The notes under the pieces: model-generated
What the model was told of the DNA's origin: nothing
Seen by the model: the letters and a program-made list of their open reading frames with translations, nothing else
The model's database searches: none
In this document: positions 1-8,682 of the stretch, piece after piece
Layout of the letters: each line of letters opens with the position of its first letter
Numbering within the stretch: the stretch's first letter is position 1
Program-made: the position numbers and the translations under genes
Origin: a virus
DNA length: 64,000 bases
Strand: one strand, 5' to 3'
Virus record (IMG/VR): IMGVR_UViG_3300018080_000122
Span: 51,572 to 115,571 of that record

Positions 1-554
1 TTCCCTGGACCAAAGCGCAGATGATCGCTTCGGAAAGCAATTCACCTGAAGAAATGGAAGAGTGGAAAGAAAAAGCCATTCAGATGCCCTACGGGCAGTT
101 CAAGAAGGAAGTAGATAAGAACAGAAAAAACAAACGCCGCCGGAAAGAGATCGTCAATCACAAAAATTTCGACAACAGCTTCGACGATGAGGATACAGAA
201 AAGAAACCCAAGACAGACGAGAAGTGGGAGCGGCTTCTAGTCTACTTGTCTGAAGACCAAAATGAAGTAATTGAGGCGGCAATAAAGGCCGCCACAGGCC
301 CAGCTAAAAGTGAAAAGAAAAACCAAGTCCTAAGCCTTATTTGCCAGGAATGGTTAGCATTCTACTCCAAAAATAAGACAGAGCACGAGCGTTTGGCTGC
401 GCTGTTAGCACGGCTGTCTACCAACAGCGGGTACGAAATTTATTCTTTCCCAAAGAATGTGCGCAGCAAGAAAGCGCGCAAAGAAATAGTCAACAATATC
501 CTGGACGATATTTACGATCTGTTTGGGATAGAGGCGCATATCGCGGATGAGTGA
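1..554 (+). CDS. hypothetical protein, probably 5'-truncated by the window edge
   Basis: The frame of ORF 21..554 stays open to the window start (PWTKAQMIAS...). Charged, helical-looking sequence; no motif recognised. Confidence 0.6.
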   Translation, partial: PWTKAQMIASESNSPEEMEEWKEKAIQMPYGQFKKEVDKNRKNKRRRKEIVNHKNFDNSFDDEDTEKKPKTDEKWERLLVYLSEDQNEVIEAAIKAATGPAKSEKKNQVLSLICQEWLAFYSKNKTEHERLAALLARLSTNSGYEIYSFPKNVRSKKARKEIVNNILDDIYDLFGIEAHIADE

Positions 555-557
555 TTC

Positions 558-1013
558 ATGGCCCAGAAGAGAATACGCCGTAGGGAGTATTGGCATAAGA
601 GAGCCGACAAAGGTATTTCCTACGTGATATCCAATATAGATTTTGAGGAATGCCGAGCTATCATTCAAAAAATGGTAAAAGGTTTTCCCACGGCGGAGTA
701 CCGGATTACCTACGGAGAATGCGATTGTAAAGGCTTCCGTTACAGAGGCAGCTGCGCTCATGTAAATTTCCTCAGTTGTTTAGTTGACGGTAAAACGGCT
801 ACTGAGAAAGAAGCGAGCCTTATCTGCAGCACGATAGTGCATTCTAGGCAGTTCAAAAAATATAAAGCAGAAATCATTGAGCGTGAAGGCAAAGTCGAAC
901 TCTTACATATCCGTGCGGAAGTTCCAGATCTCCCTACCACCAGGGTCGTAGAGTGGTATTCTGGTCTGCCTGTTATTACTGACATCAATATGAAAAAAGG
1001 TGGCGCAGATTGA
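558..1013 (+). CDS. SWIM zinc-finger protein
   Basis: CDCKGFRYRGSCAH matches the CxC-xn-CxH SWIM signature. Confidence 0.7.
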   Translation: MAQKRIRRREYWHKRADKGISYVISNIDFEECRAIIQKMVKGFPTAEYRITYGECDCKGFRYRGSCAHVNFLSCLVDGKTATEKEASLICSTIVHSRQFKKYKAEIIEREGKVELLHIRAEVPDLPTTRVVEWYSGLPVITDINMKKGGAD

Positions 1014-1062
1014 TTTCTGGACTACACTGGAACCAACTGCACCCCGGTAGTGAGGACGACCA

Positions 1063-1428
1063 ATGAAACGTGCTATCAGGAGCATGCGAAGGAAGACGAC
1101 TAGAAAGGAAACGTTAGCCGCCAGGCTATCTTTATTGTGTGACCAAAAGAAAGAGATCGACAAAGAGATAGCGCTTCTCAAAAAGGAAGTGGTTGATACG
1201 TTTGGGGAAAAGGAGCGTGTGGGCAGAATCGTCCACAATATCACCCAAACCAAAGTGGTTACTGAGGAGATGCTAGACAAGTTAGACGAAGATGGGGTGC
1301 TAGAAGACGTGCTTGCCCCCGAGCGCGTGGACATGAAAAAACTGAACGCCCTGATCAAAAGTTGCCCTGAGTACGAAAAATACTTAAGATACACCACTCG
1401 CAGTAGAGTAGATGTCAAGAAAGCCTAA
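1063..1428 (+). CDS. hypothetical protein with N-terminal coiled coil
   Basis: 121-aa ORF with GAGG SD upstream; heptad-like LSLLCDQKKEIDKEIALLKKEV. Confidence 0.6.
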   Translation: MKRAIRSMRRKTTRKETLAARLSLLCDQKKEIDKEIALLKKEVVDTFGEKERVGRIVHNITQTKVVTEEMLDKLDEDGVLEDVLAPERVDMKKLNALIKSCPEYEKYLRYTTRSRVDVKKA

Positions 1429-1431
1429 CGA

Positions 1432-2403
1432 ATGAAAGTCAATAAACTGAACGACTTGGACGGCTCTAACTGGCTTAGACTTACCAAATCTTGGTGGACT
1501 CCCACAGGAAAATGGGCTGCGTGTCTTGACATCGAGAATTCATGGTGGGAAACCGAATACCCCATTGACCCCACGCACAAAATGAGATCCTACATAGGTT
1601 GTGCCAAACCCCCATCAGTTGCGCGTGATCTAGTCATGATGTTCACCAAGCGGAAAGAGTGGGTTATCGACACTTTTTCTGGCACTGGAGGCCTCATCCT
1701 CGGTGCTGCATTAGCCAACCGCCAGTGTGTCGCGTCTGACATTAGTCAACAACACCTGCAAAGACTGGACGAAGTGTCTAAAGAGTTTGTCATAGTGGAC
1801 AAGCATCGTAAAGAGGCCATCACCCGCCGCGTTCGTAAGAAGAAAAAAGTCGTGTCTGAGACGGTGAACGTTGATTTATGGGAGCCTACTTTTGTCCCCG
1901 CCGATAAGTGTGAAGGCAAGCACAGAAAAATAAACATTGAAACCATATGTGGCGGGTACAAAGACGTCATGGACACTTTCGAAGACGAATCTTTCCATTT
2001 TATTATTACCGATCCCCCCTATGGGGTCGGGCACACCGTCAAGTTTGACGAGGCCTGCAAAATGGAAGGCATATCTTCAGAAGACCCCGAAGACATAGGC
2101 AACCTCCAAAACATGAAGCAGTTTCACGCCGCCATGATATCTTGGGCGCACGAAGCCTACAGAATACTTAGAAAAGGCCGTTACGTTGTGGTGTTCATGG
2201 GTGACCGTTACATGGATGGCGAGCTGGTGCCTCTGGGCTGGACCGTGGCCCAGGTGATGCGCACAGCAGGTTTCAAGCTAAAAGGTGTGTGTCCATGGAG
2301 GAATAAGACTACACAGAGACCGTTGAAACCTTATGCTTTAGGGCATGCTTACGTGCCTAACATTATCCACCAATATTTTATTGTGCTACGAAAAGAGGGT
2401 TAG
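1432..2403 (+). CDS. DNA N4-cytosine/N6-adenine methyltransferase, circularly permuted relative to the beta class
   Basis: KPP...FTKRKEWVIDTFSGTGG (motif X/I, SAM binding) precedes IITDPPY (motif IV) and EAYRILRKGRY...HQYFIVLRK. Confidence 0.85.
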   Translation: MKVNKLNDLDGSNWLRLTKSWWTPTGKWAACLDIENSWWETEYPIDPTHKMRSYIGCAKPPSVARDLVMMFTKRKEWVIDTFSGTGGLILGAALANRQCVASDISQQHLQRLDEVSKEFVIVDKHRKEAITRRVRKKKKVVSETVNVDLWEPTFVPADKCEGKHRKINIETICGGYKDVMDTFEDESFHFIITDPPYGVGHTVKFDEACKMEGISSEDPEDIGNLQNMKQFHAAMISWAHEAYRILRKGRYVVVFMGDRYMDGELVPLGWTVAQVMRTAGFKLKGVCPWRNKTTQRPLKPYALGHAYVPNIIHQYFIVLRKEG

Positions 2404-2406
2404 CGC

Positions 2407-3882
2407 ATGGGAATCCTGGAAGCAGTAAAGGCCAAGCATCCTTTAATTTGGCTCGTGGCCGACGACGAAGTAGACGTAATGCGCTTCTTGGCTGACATGA
2501 AGACTAAATTTTCGGTTTGGTCACGTTCGGGACTATCGCTTCCAGGAGATGATGCCAACATCGGTGGGTTCACGCCCCCTGCAGCAACAATAATGTCCTA
2601 CTTGAAATTGAAGCGCCCTTCCTACCTGGTGTTACCTGACGCACACAAACGCTTGGAATCTGCCGAAGCGCAGCGAGAGTTCAAAGAATTGGTGATGGCC
2701 TGCGCACGCAGCCACGTAGGCACGAAAGGTGTTGTTGCCATCGCTTCTACTCCGGCGGTGCCAGAGGATCTTAGGACGCTAGCGTACATAACTCAATTCC
2801 CAAGGCCAACAACGGAGGATCTGAAGCATGTGATCATGGACGTTGGCACGGACACAAATAAGAAAATATCTGAAGACCGGGCTTCCCAACTGGCTTTTGC
2901 TCTATCTGGCCTTACTAGGACAGAGGCTGAGTTGACGTCCAGATTACTATTGACGAGCAACAAGAAGACAGTATCTGCGTTCGCCAAAGCAAAGGCTAGG
3001 CAGATTTCTGCAGGCACACCGCTACATTGGGTCGATACGTCCGACGTGACGTTGAACTCGGTTGGCGGCATGGACAAATTAAAACGCTGGATAGAGACCC
3101 GTGCCTATGCGCTGGACGCTAAAAGCGGCTTACCCAGACCACGAGGCATCTTGCTGTGCGGTATCCCTGGTGTTGGTAAATCCCTTGTGGCTAAAGCAAT
3201 TTCTACTGCGTGGGGACTGCCCCTCCTACGTTTCGATATCGGCGCCGTTTTTGGTCCTTTAGTCGGGGCATCAGAAACCAACATGCGTAGGGCGCTAAGT
3301 ATCATCGACGCCTGCTCTCCATGCGTCGTATGGATTGAAGAACTTGAAAAGGTGACTGCTGGGGCTCAATCTTCTGACCGCACCGACGGAGGTACCACGG
3401 CACGGGTAATCTCTGATTTTCTGGTGTGGTTGCAGGAGAGGGAATCTTCAGCTTTTGTTGTGGGGACGATCAATAACGCCGATGGGGCTTCCCCAGAAAT
3501 GGTAAGGAAAAGGCGTTGGGATGAAGTATTCTGGGTGGACCTGCCCGGTTTAAAGGAACGCACAGAAATCTTCAAAATCATGTTTGACAGGTACGATGTT
3601 GGCATGTCTCTATCCAAAGAGGCAATAGAGATTTCCGAGAATCTCACGGGAGCTGAAATAGAGCAAGCCGTAGTAAACGCTATCTTTGACAGCTACGCAG
3701 ATGACGCCAAATTGTCGTCGGACCATCTCGTAGCGTCAGTTAGATCTATGAAGCCGCAATCACACAGTTTGAAAATAGACTGGCATGAAATGCTGCGTAA
3801 ATTCGCTGGCGCGTCCAGCGCACAGTGGTCTGTGCCAGTGCCAAACCGCCCCAAAGTGAAAGGAAAACGGAAGAAAAAATGA
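2407..3882 (+). CDS. AAA+ ATPase, Ycf46-like
   Basis: VGGMDKLKRW, PRGILLCGIPGVGKS (Walker A), VGASETNMRRAL, CVVWIEELEK (Walker B variant), WDEVFWVDLP, TGAEIEQAV; degenerate N-terminal AAA-like half. Confidence 0.85.
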   Translation: MGILEAVKAKHPLIWLVADDEVDVMRFLADMKTKFSVWSRSGLSLPGDDANIGGFTPPAATIMSYLKLKRPSYLVLPDAHKRLESAEAQREFKELVMACARSHVGTKGVVAIASTPAVPEDLRTLAYITQFPRPTTEDLKHVIMDVGTDTNKKISEDRASQLAFALSGLTRTEAELTSRLLLTSNKKTVSAFAKAKARQISAGTPLHWVDTSDVTLNSVGGMDKLKRWIETRAYALDAKSGLPRPRGILLCGIPGVGKSLVAKAISTAWGLPLLRFDIGAVFGPLVGASETNMRRALSIIDACSPCVVWIEELEKVTAGAQSSDRTDGGTTARVISDFLVWLQERESSAFVVGTINNADGASPEMVRKRRWDEVFWVDLPGLKERTEIFKIMFDRYDVGMSLSKEAIEISENLTGAEIEQAVVNAIFDSYADDAKLSSDHLVASVRSMKPQSHSLKIDWHEMLRKFAGASSAQWSVPVPNRPKVKGKRKKK

Positions 3883-4250
3883 ACAGAACGGATATGGTGG
3901 AGCACCTTAGAAAAAGGCGAGTCATCGGCACGGATAAGAGGACGGTAGAAAACGCCGTGCTAGAAGTTCTCGGTGCGATAGCGCACGGGCTTTACCACGA
4001 AGGTGAAGTTAGAGTCATGGGCTTTGGGACATTCTTGGTGAAAGAGCGCAAAGAAAGGATGGCACGGAACCCCCGGACGGGGGAGCCTGTAGTAGCCAAG
4101 GCGCACAACACCGTAGTTTTCAAACCCAGCAAAGACCTTAAAGAGTCCATCCAACCCAAGAAGAAAAAGAAGACCAAGAAGAAACCCGCCAAGAGCACAA
4201 AAAAGAAGGCTAAAGCTAAAGCCAAACCCAAGAAGAAAAAGAAGGGCTAG
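3879..4250 (+). CDS. hup: HU/IHF-family histone-like DNA-binding protein with Lys-rich C-terminal tail
   Basis: GFGTFLVKERKERMARNPRTGE...VVFKPSKDLK signature. Start placed at ATG 3879, an ATGA overlap with the ATPase stop. Confidence 0.9.
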   Translation: MNRTDMVEHLRKRRVIGTDKRTVENAVLEVLGAIAHGLYHEGEVRVMGFGTFLVKERKERMARNPRTGEPVVAKAHNTVVFKPSKDLKESIQPKKKKKTKKKPAKSTKKKAKAKAKPKKKKKG

Positions 4251-4255
4251 ACGAA

Positions 4256-4447
4256 ATGCCTGTGAAATGCCGTAGAATTAAAGGCAAATACAGGGTGGTG
4301 GAATCTGCTACTGGGAAAATAGCAGTGAACGCCGCCCTGACTCCTCTGGACGGAGGAGGCCACAACACCCAAGAAGGCTGTGCCGCGCAAGCGCGGGCCA
4401 TCAACGCCGCTACCGAATCCAGAAAAAAAGATCGGGCGGAAGAATAG
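4256..4447 (+). CDS. small hypothetical phage protein
   Basis: 63-aa ORF that fills the gap between neighbours; GGGHNTQEGCAAQARAINA. Confidence 0.55.
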   Translation: MPVKCRRIKGKYRVVESATGKIAVNAALTPLDGGGHNTQEGCAAQARAINAATESRKKDRAEE

Positions 4448-4452
4448 GGGGC

Positions 4453-4752
4453 GTGGTGGATCTAGCAACGCTGAAAGAGAAGACCGACAAAGAGCAGGAA
4501 GTGATTGCTACGTGGTTTTTCTTTCTGTGGGTGCCTTGTTTAATCCTAAAAGGCCTAGTATTGTCTTGCCTGATGTATTGGTTTATTCAGCCGGGCGTAG
4601 AGGCTCCCCTATCGCAATGCATAGGTATAGTTTTAGTAGCAAATTTGCTTATCCCACAGTACAGCCCCGTGAATCATCAAAAAATATATAGAATGATACT
4701 AGGGCCGACATTCGTTCTTGCTGCGGGTTACGTAGTTCATCTGGTGGGGTGA
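4453..4752 (+). CDS. small multi-pass membrane protein
   Basis: About three hydrophobic segments in 99 aa. Confidence 0.6.
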   Translation: MVDLATLKEKTDKEQEVIATWFFFLWVPCLILKGLVLSCLMYWFIQPGVEAPLSQCIGIVLVANLLIPQYSPVNHQKIYRMILGPTFVLAAGYVVHLVG

Positions 4753-4819
4753 AAAACGGAGTCAGGCAAGTAAAACGAATGATAGGTGCCCCACCCAAAC
4801 GGAAGTTCTACACAGAAAA

Positions 4820-5061
4820 GTGAGACAGATGGTCAAAGGGAAATGGCCCATGGGGCTAGCAAAAGATAGACACCGCAACACAGGCAGATGTAGGAACAGG
4901 AAAAGCAGGAAGTCGCCGCCTCCTATGTCCCCCAATATATGCCCGACTGTGAAGGGAAAGGGTGGATCAAAACTTATAACGACTACGCAGGGACAAGATC
5001 TGAAATGCGCATAGAAGTGGTGCATTGTCCCGCTTGCAACGGCCTTGGATATCTTCTGTAG
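4820..5061 (+). pseudogene. DnaJ-type CxxCxGxG zinc-finger protein split by a -1 frameshift
   Basis: Frame 2 reads ...SPNIC to 4942; frame 1 continues PDCEGKGW...HCPACNGLGYLL* to 5061. One added C restores two CxxCxGxG repeats. Confidence 0.5.
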
Positions 5062-5130
5062 ATTTCACCACAAAAGTGTGGATAATCGACTGAATGGACA
5101 CAGGAATGATTGTACTTCAAGGAGAAGACG

Positions 5131-6024
5131 ATGCTGCCATTCGCAGAGACCATGTGGGCTCCTTTTGTCCTAGCTATAGAGGGGCTCATTGGGTGTGGCA
5201 AGACCACACTCACCAGGACACTGTCATCCGCATTGAACTACAAAGCCTTTTTCGAACCCGTTGAAGGCAACCCTTACCTAGAAGATTTCTACAACGTCGT
5301 CACCCCGCCAGGCTGGCGCGAGAAGATAAAACAAGTGCTGCTGGGTCACGTGCAGACAGGCACCGCTGACAACATTATGTATAAGCTTGACAGTTTGGGC
5401 GTCACCTACAGCTCGATACCTGCGTTTATGCAGCTGTTCCTGCTGACTCGACGCTTCCATCTCTACATGGCTGCGCTTTACTCCGATGCTTATGGGTTCA
5501 AAGGCGCTCTTCTAGACCGAAGTCTCCAGGGAGATACTGTTTTCGCACGTATGCTGCATGAAGACGGGTGGATCAACGACAGGGACATGGCCACTTACTG
5601 GGGGCACTGGCAGCGCTTCAAAGAGTTCGCCCCAAATCCACACGCCTTCCTCTACCTGGAAACGTCCCCTGAGACTGCGCTGGAGCGCATGAGAGAGCGC
5701 GCTCGTAGTGCAGAGGTAGGCGTGCCCATAGAATACCTTCAACGGCTCTACGACCACTACGAGCACTTCCTGGAAGAGATGAGTCGTAGAGCAGTAATCA
5801 TTAGGCTTCCCTACGACCCACCAAGGGAAGTCTACGACGCAAGAGAGTTTCCTGACGTCTACCCCAGCTTACAGGAGGAAGAAAACCCGGCCTTTAGAAA
5901 AGTCCTCCATCCAGATGAAGGGGATAGGGTGGTGCGCCTTTTGAAAGAGAATTTCCCCACCTACAAGTGGTTTGACAGGCACAGGGGCAATTCGGATCAG
6001 ATGCTAAGCGGAGGGGACAAGTGA
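5131..6024 (+). CDS. deoxynucleoside kinase (dAK/dGK/dCK family)
   Basis: IEGLIGCGKTT P-loop, EPV, LEDFY, MQLFLL..R, DRS...D, lid RMRERARSAE; AAGGAG SD before ATG 5131. Confidence 0.9.
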   Translation: MLPFAETMWAPFVLAIEGLIGCGKTTLTRTLSSALNYKAFFEPVEGNPYLEDFYNVVTPPGWREKIKQVLLGHVQTGTADNIMYKLDSLGVTYSSIPAFMQLFLLTRRFHLYMAALYSDAYGFKGALLDRSLQGDTVFARMLHEDGWINDRDMATYWGHWQRFKEFAPNPHAFLYLETSPETALERMRERARSAEVGVPIEYLQRLYDHYEHFLEEMSRRAVIIRLPYDPPREVYDAREFPDVYPSLQEEENPAFRKVLHPDEGDRVVRLLKENFPTYKWFDRHRGNSDQMLSGGDK

Positions 6025-6635
6025 GAACACGACACTCGCTTATTTTTTGCCGGTCCAACGCCATGTTTGCGGGCAAGTCCGAGACCGCGAAGAGACTGGT
6101 ATCTATAGCTGAAAAGGGACGCAAGATCAAGTGGGCGTGCATTCGGCCTCTCGAAGCCAAACGCAAAGAGGATTCAACGTACTCCCACGTCACGCACGCT
6201 GGGGGCAAAGCTCACTGCTACTACGTTGACACGGCCATGGAAGCTAAGCATCTCATCGACGATCTTATTGACGACGGGTGTGGCCTATTTTGGATTGACG
6301 AGCCTTTTTTCTGGTCCAATCTCACGGATTTCAAATCCCTGGTGTTCAGCACGCTGGAGCGAGCAAATGTTATAATTTCTTCTCTAACGTGTACAAGCGA
6401 AGGAGAGCACTGGGAAGAACTTTCTATGCTCCTGGCGTTAGCCGACGAAATTTTTCAATGTAACGACGCCGTGTGCGTGGACTGCTGCAAAGTGGCGCTC
6501 AGGACGTGGCACGTTGGCAGAGAGGAAAAAACAGCAAAGGTGAAGGTTGGAGGGGCAGCAGACTATATTCCTGTCTGCGTAGACTGTTGGAACGCGAGGG
6601 CAGAGAGGGCAAAAGTTGGCGCTGAAAAAGGCTGA
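6021..6635 (+). CDS. tdk: thymidine kinase, TK1/Tdk type, divergent
   Basis: MFAGKS P-loop, THAG, IDE, zinc lasso AVCVDC...VGGAADYIPVCVDCW. Confidence 0.8.
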   Translation: MRTRHSLIFCRSNAMFAGKSETAKRLVSIAEKGRKIKWACIRPLEAKRKEDSTYSHVTHAGGKAHCYYVDTAMEAKHLIDDLIDDGCGLFWIDEPFFWSNLTDFKSLVFSTLERANVIISSLTCTSEGEHWEELSMLLALADEIFQCNDAVCVDCCKVALRTWHVGREEKTAKVKVGGAADYIPVCVDCWNARAERAKVGAEKG

Positions 6636-7293
6636 CCATCAGGCTTTGTTGGATTTGGTAGACGTAGTCCACTTCCAAACCCTGGAAGAAATACCTGCCA
6701 CCGAAATATCTTTGCAATGGTGGTGCGATAAATTCCGTCCGGGAATAAAGAGGACGTCGCAAAAGCGCGCGTGGGAAAGATTCAAAGCCGCTTTGAAACG
6801 GCTGGATATTGCTTTCCAAGTTAAGCCTGGGCGAGTGATTTTTGAGGGGGATCTCGCCCAGGCTGTTCGTGATCGGCTAGAGACTCTAGTTGATGGCCCC
6901 AAAAAAGAGGCGCACGCAGAAAAACGGAGGGCTTGGCAGAGAGAGTATCTGGCCAAGAACAAAGATAAAAATCGACAGTGGGGGCGCAATTACAGGGAAA
7001 AGAATAGAGAGTACGTGAAGGCGTGGCGGCATCAGTACTACCTGGACAACCAAGAAAAGGCTAAGGCCCAAGCGAAAGCGTGGGCCAAGAAAAATCCAAA
7101 GAAAGTGCGGGCTAAACAAAAGAAATGGAATGAAAAGAATAAGGACAAACTCCGAGAATACCGAAGAAAGCGCTACCACGAAAACGTAGAAGAAAGCCGC
7201 CGCAAGGCCCGAGAAAAGTACCATCGCAACAAGAGGAAGAGGGAGACTAAAGAGGAACGAGAAAAACGGTTTGAGTCTCTATTGGAGGACTAG
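6616..7293 (+). CDS. basic helical-repeat protein, putative DNA binding
   Basis: Repeated R/K-x-(Y/W)-x-x-K-N-K/R/P-E/D/K-K units; no nuclease motif seen. Confidence 0.6.
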   Translation: MALKKADHQALLDLVDVVHFQTLEEIPATEISLQWWCDKFRPGIKRTSQKRAWERFKAALKRLDIAFQVKPGRVIFEGDLAQAVRDRLETLVDGPKKEAHAEKRRAWQREYLAKNKDKNRQWGRNYREKNREYVKAWRHQYYLDNQEKAKAQAKAWAKKNPKKVRAKQKKWNEKNKDKLREYRRKRYHENVEESRRKAREKYHRNKRKRETKEEREKRFESLLED

Positions 7294-7295
7294 TT

Positions 7296-7853
7296 TTGAG
7301 CTACAGGCCCATAAGCGACATGATGATTTTGGCGCGCCCCAAAGTGAAATATTATGGGGCCTACCCGTCGGGATTTCTATCCAGAGCCAGAGAACTTTTG
7401 GGCGTGCATGCAGAAGAGCCAGTCCTTCACGTATGCTCAGGTAAGATAGAAGAATACCCGTTCGCGGGGTTCGGACCAAACGACGCCACTGTAGATATTG
7501 ATTCCTCTCTGTCTCCTGAATGGGTCATGGACGTTAGAGAAGAACTGCCGTCCTTGGACGCAGAATGGGGTGGCCCCCTATGGCCAGCGATCTTGGCGGA
7601 CCCTCCCTACGGCGAGACGGAAGCAGAGAACTATACGTGTGGAAGATCAGTACTGCCCGACCCGAACAAACTGTTGAAGATGTGTCTGGAGCACGTGCGG
7701 CCCGGAGGAAGAGTAGGGATGTTGCACTACTTGGTGCCCAGACCGCCAAAGAAAATGGACGGAAAGAACACTAAATTTGTCGCCGTCTTAGGTGTGATGA
7801 CGGGATTTGGGCAGAGAATAAGGGCCTATTCAGTGTTTGAACGGCCCTTATAG
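7296..7853 (+). CDS. small amino-methyltransferase-like protein
   Basis: VLHVCSG (motif I-like), TVDID, ILADPPY catalytic motif, VRPGGRVGML. Confidence 0.7.
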   Translation: MSYRPISDMMILARPKVKYYGAYPSGFLSRARELLGVHAEEPVLHVCSGKIEEYPFAGFGPNDATVDIDSSLSPEWVMDVREELPSLDAEWGGPLWPAILADPPYGETEAENYTCGRSVLPDPNKLLKMCLEHVRPGGRVGMLHYLVPRPPKKMDGKNTKFVAVLGVMTGFGQRIRAYSVFERPL

Positions 7854-7854
7854 A

Positions 7855-8085
7855 CTAGTCGTCACCAAGAATATTTTGTAGCTCTTCTTCTGATATGCCC
7901 ATCTTCCTGGCCACCTTTATTATCTGTGACCGGGAAGGGTCTACTCCTGTGCCGTTGGCCGCTGCAGCCACCGCTTTTCGCACTGTAGAAGAGGCTTGGC
8001 ACTTTTTCACTAACCGCACAGCAGTTGCTCTTAGTCTGGCCTTGACCTGATCCCACTCTTTCTTCGTTTCAGGATCGGAAAGCAT
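7855..8085 (-). CDS. hypothetical protein
   Basis: 76 aa with AGGAGG SD; last gene of the minus-strand block. Confidence 0.6.
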   Translation of the reverse strand: MLSDPETKKEWDQVKARLRATAVRLVKKCQASSTVRKAVAAAANGTGVDPSRSQIIKVARKMGISEEELQNILGDD

Positions 8086-8094
8086 TCTAGCCTC

Positions 8095-8619
8095 CTATTG
8101 TTCCCCGTCGCTATCGCTAGCAGCAGGGTATACCCCAGAACCACCCACGTCGTGGTGGTCCATACCCCGATCAAACCGCTTGCTGAACTCACTCATCTCA
8201 CGGATCATCTCTCGGAGCTCTTCTCTCCATTGTGTTTGTAAATCGTTTCGGCTGGTCTCAAGTTCCTTCACCCGAGCCTGGAGAGCCGCCGATTCTTTGA
8301 GGAGAGTTTCATGGCAGGTGACTTGCCCAGATTTTACAGTCAGTACTTCGGTAACCAAGGCGTCAATACGCTTCAGCTGCTCACGCTGTTCTTCAGTCTG
8401 AAGATTTTTGATTTTATCTTGGATGTCCTTGAGCTCTTTGGTGAGATCCCCAGTGTCCCTTTTTTTAGATTTGGTTTTAGACGTGCCGTTCTGCCTGCGC
8501 TCTTTGATGAGCGTGGCTATTATATCGATCAGCTTGCCGAAACCGGCCACGCCTCCACTCACAATGGTGAGAATGAGGACCAGCGTCGTCACATCAATTT
8601 CGATTGCAGCAAGCACCAT
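8095..8619 (-). CDS. membrane-anchored coiled-coil protein (holin- or inner-spanin-like candidate)
   Basis: Hydrophobic N-terminus followed by a long coiled coil; GGAGAGG SD. Confidence 0.55.
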   Translation of the reverse strand: MVLAAIEIDVTTLVLILTIVSGGVAGFGKLIDIIATLIKERRQNGTSKTKSKKRDTGDLTKELKDIQDKIKNLQTEEQREQLKRIDALVTEVLTVKSGQVTCHETLLKESAALQARVKELETSRNDLQTQWREELREMIREMSEFSKRFDRGMDHHDVGGSGVYPAASDSDGEQ

Positions 8620-8682
8620 GTTAGCCTCTCCTCTGACCCTATTAAGCTAACCACCGCAACGTCGTCTCGCCATATGATGTCC

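Noticed and set aside
6616-7293. HNH homing endonuclease
   Set aside because: It has the basic helical repeats often found before HNH domains but no His/Cys nuclease motif.
8647-8673. Mini-ORF MARRRCGG in the 63-nt gap on the minus strand
   Set aside because: Eight codons with a weak SD cannot be distinguished from chance.
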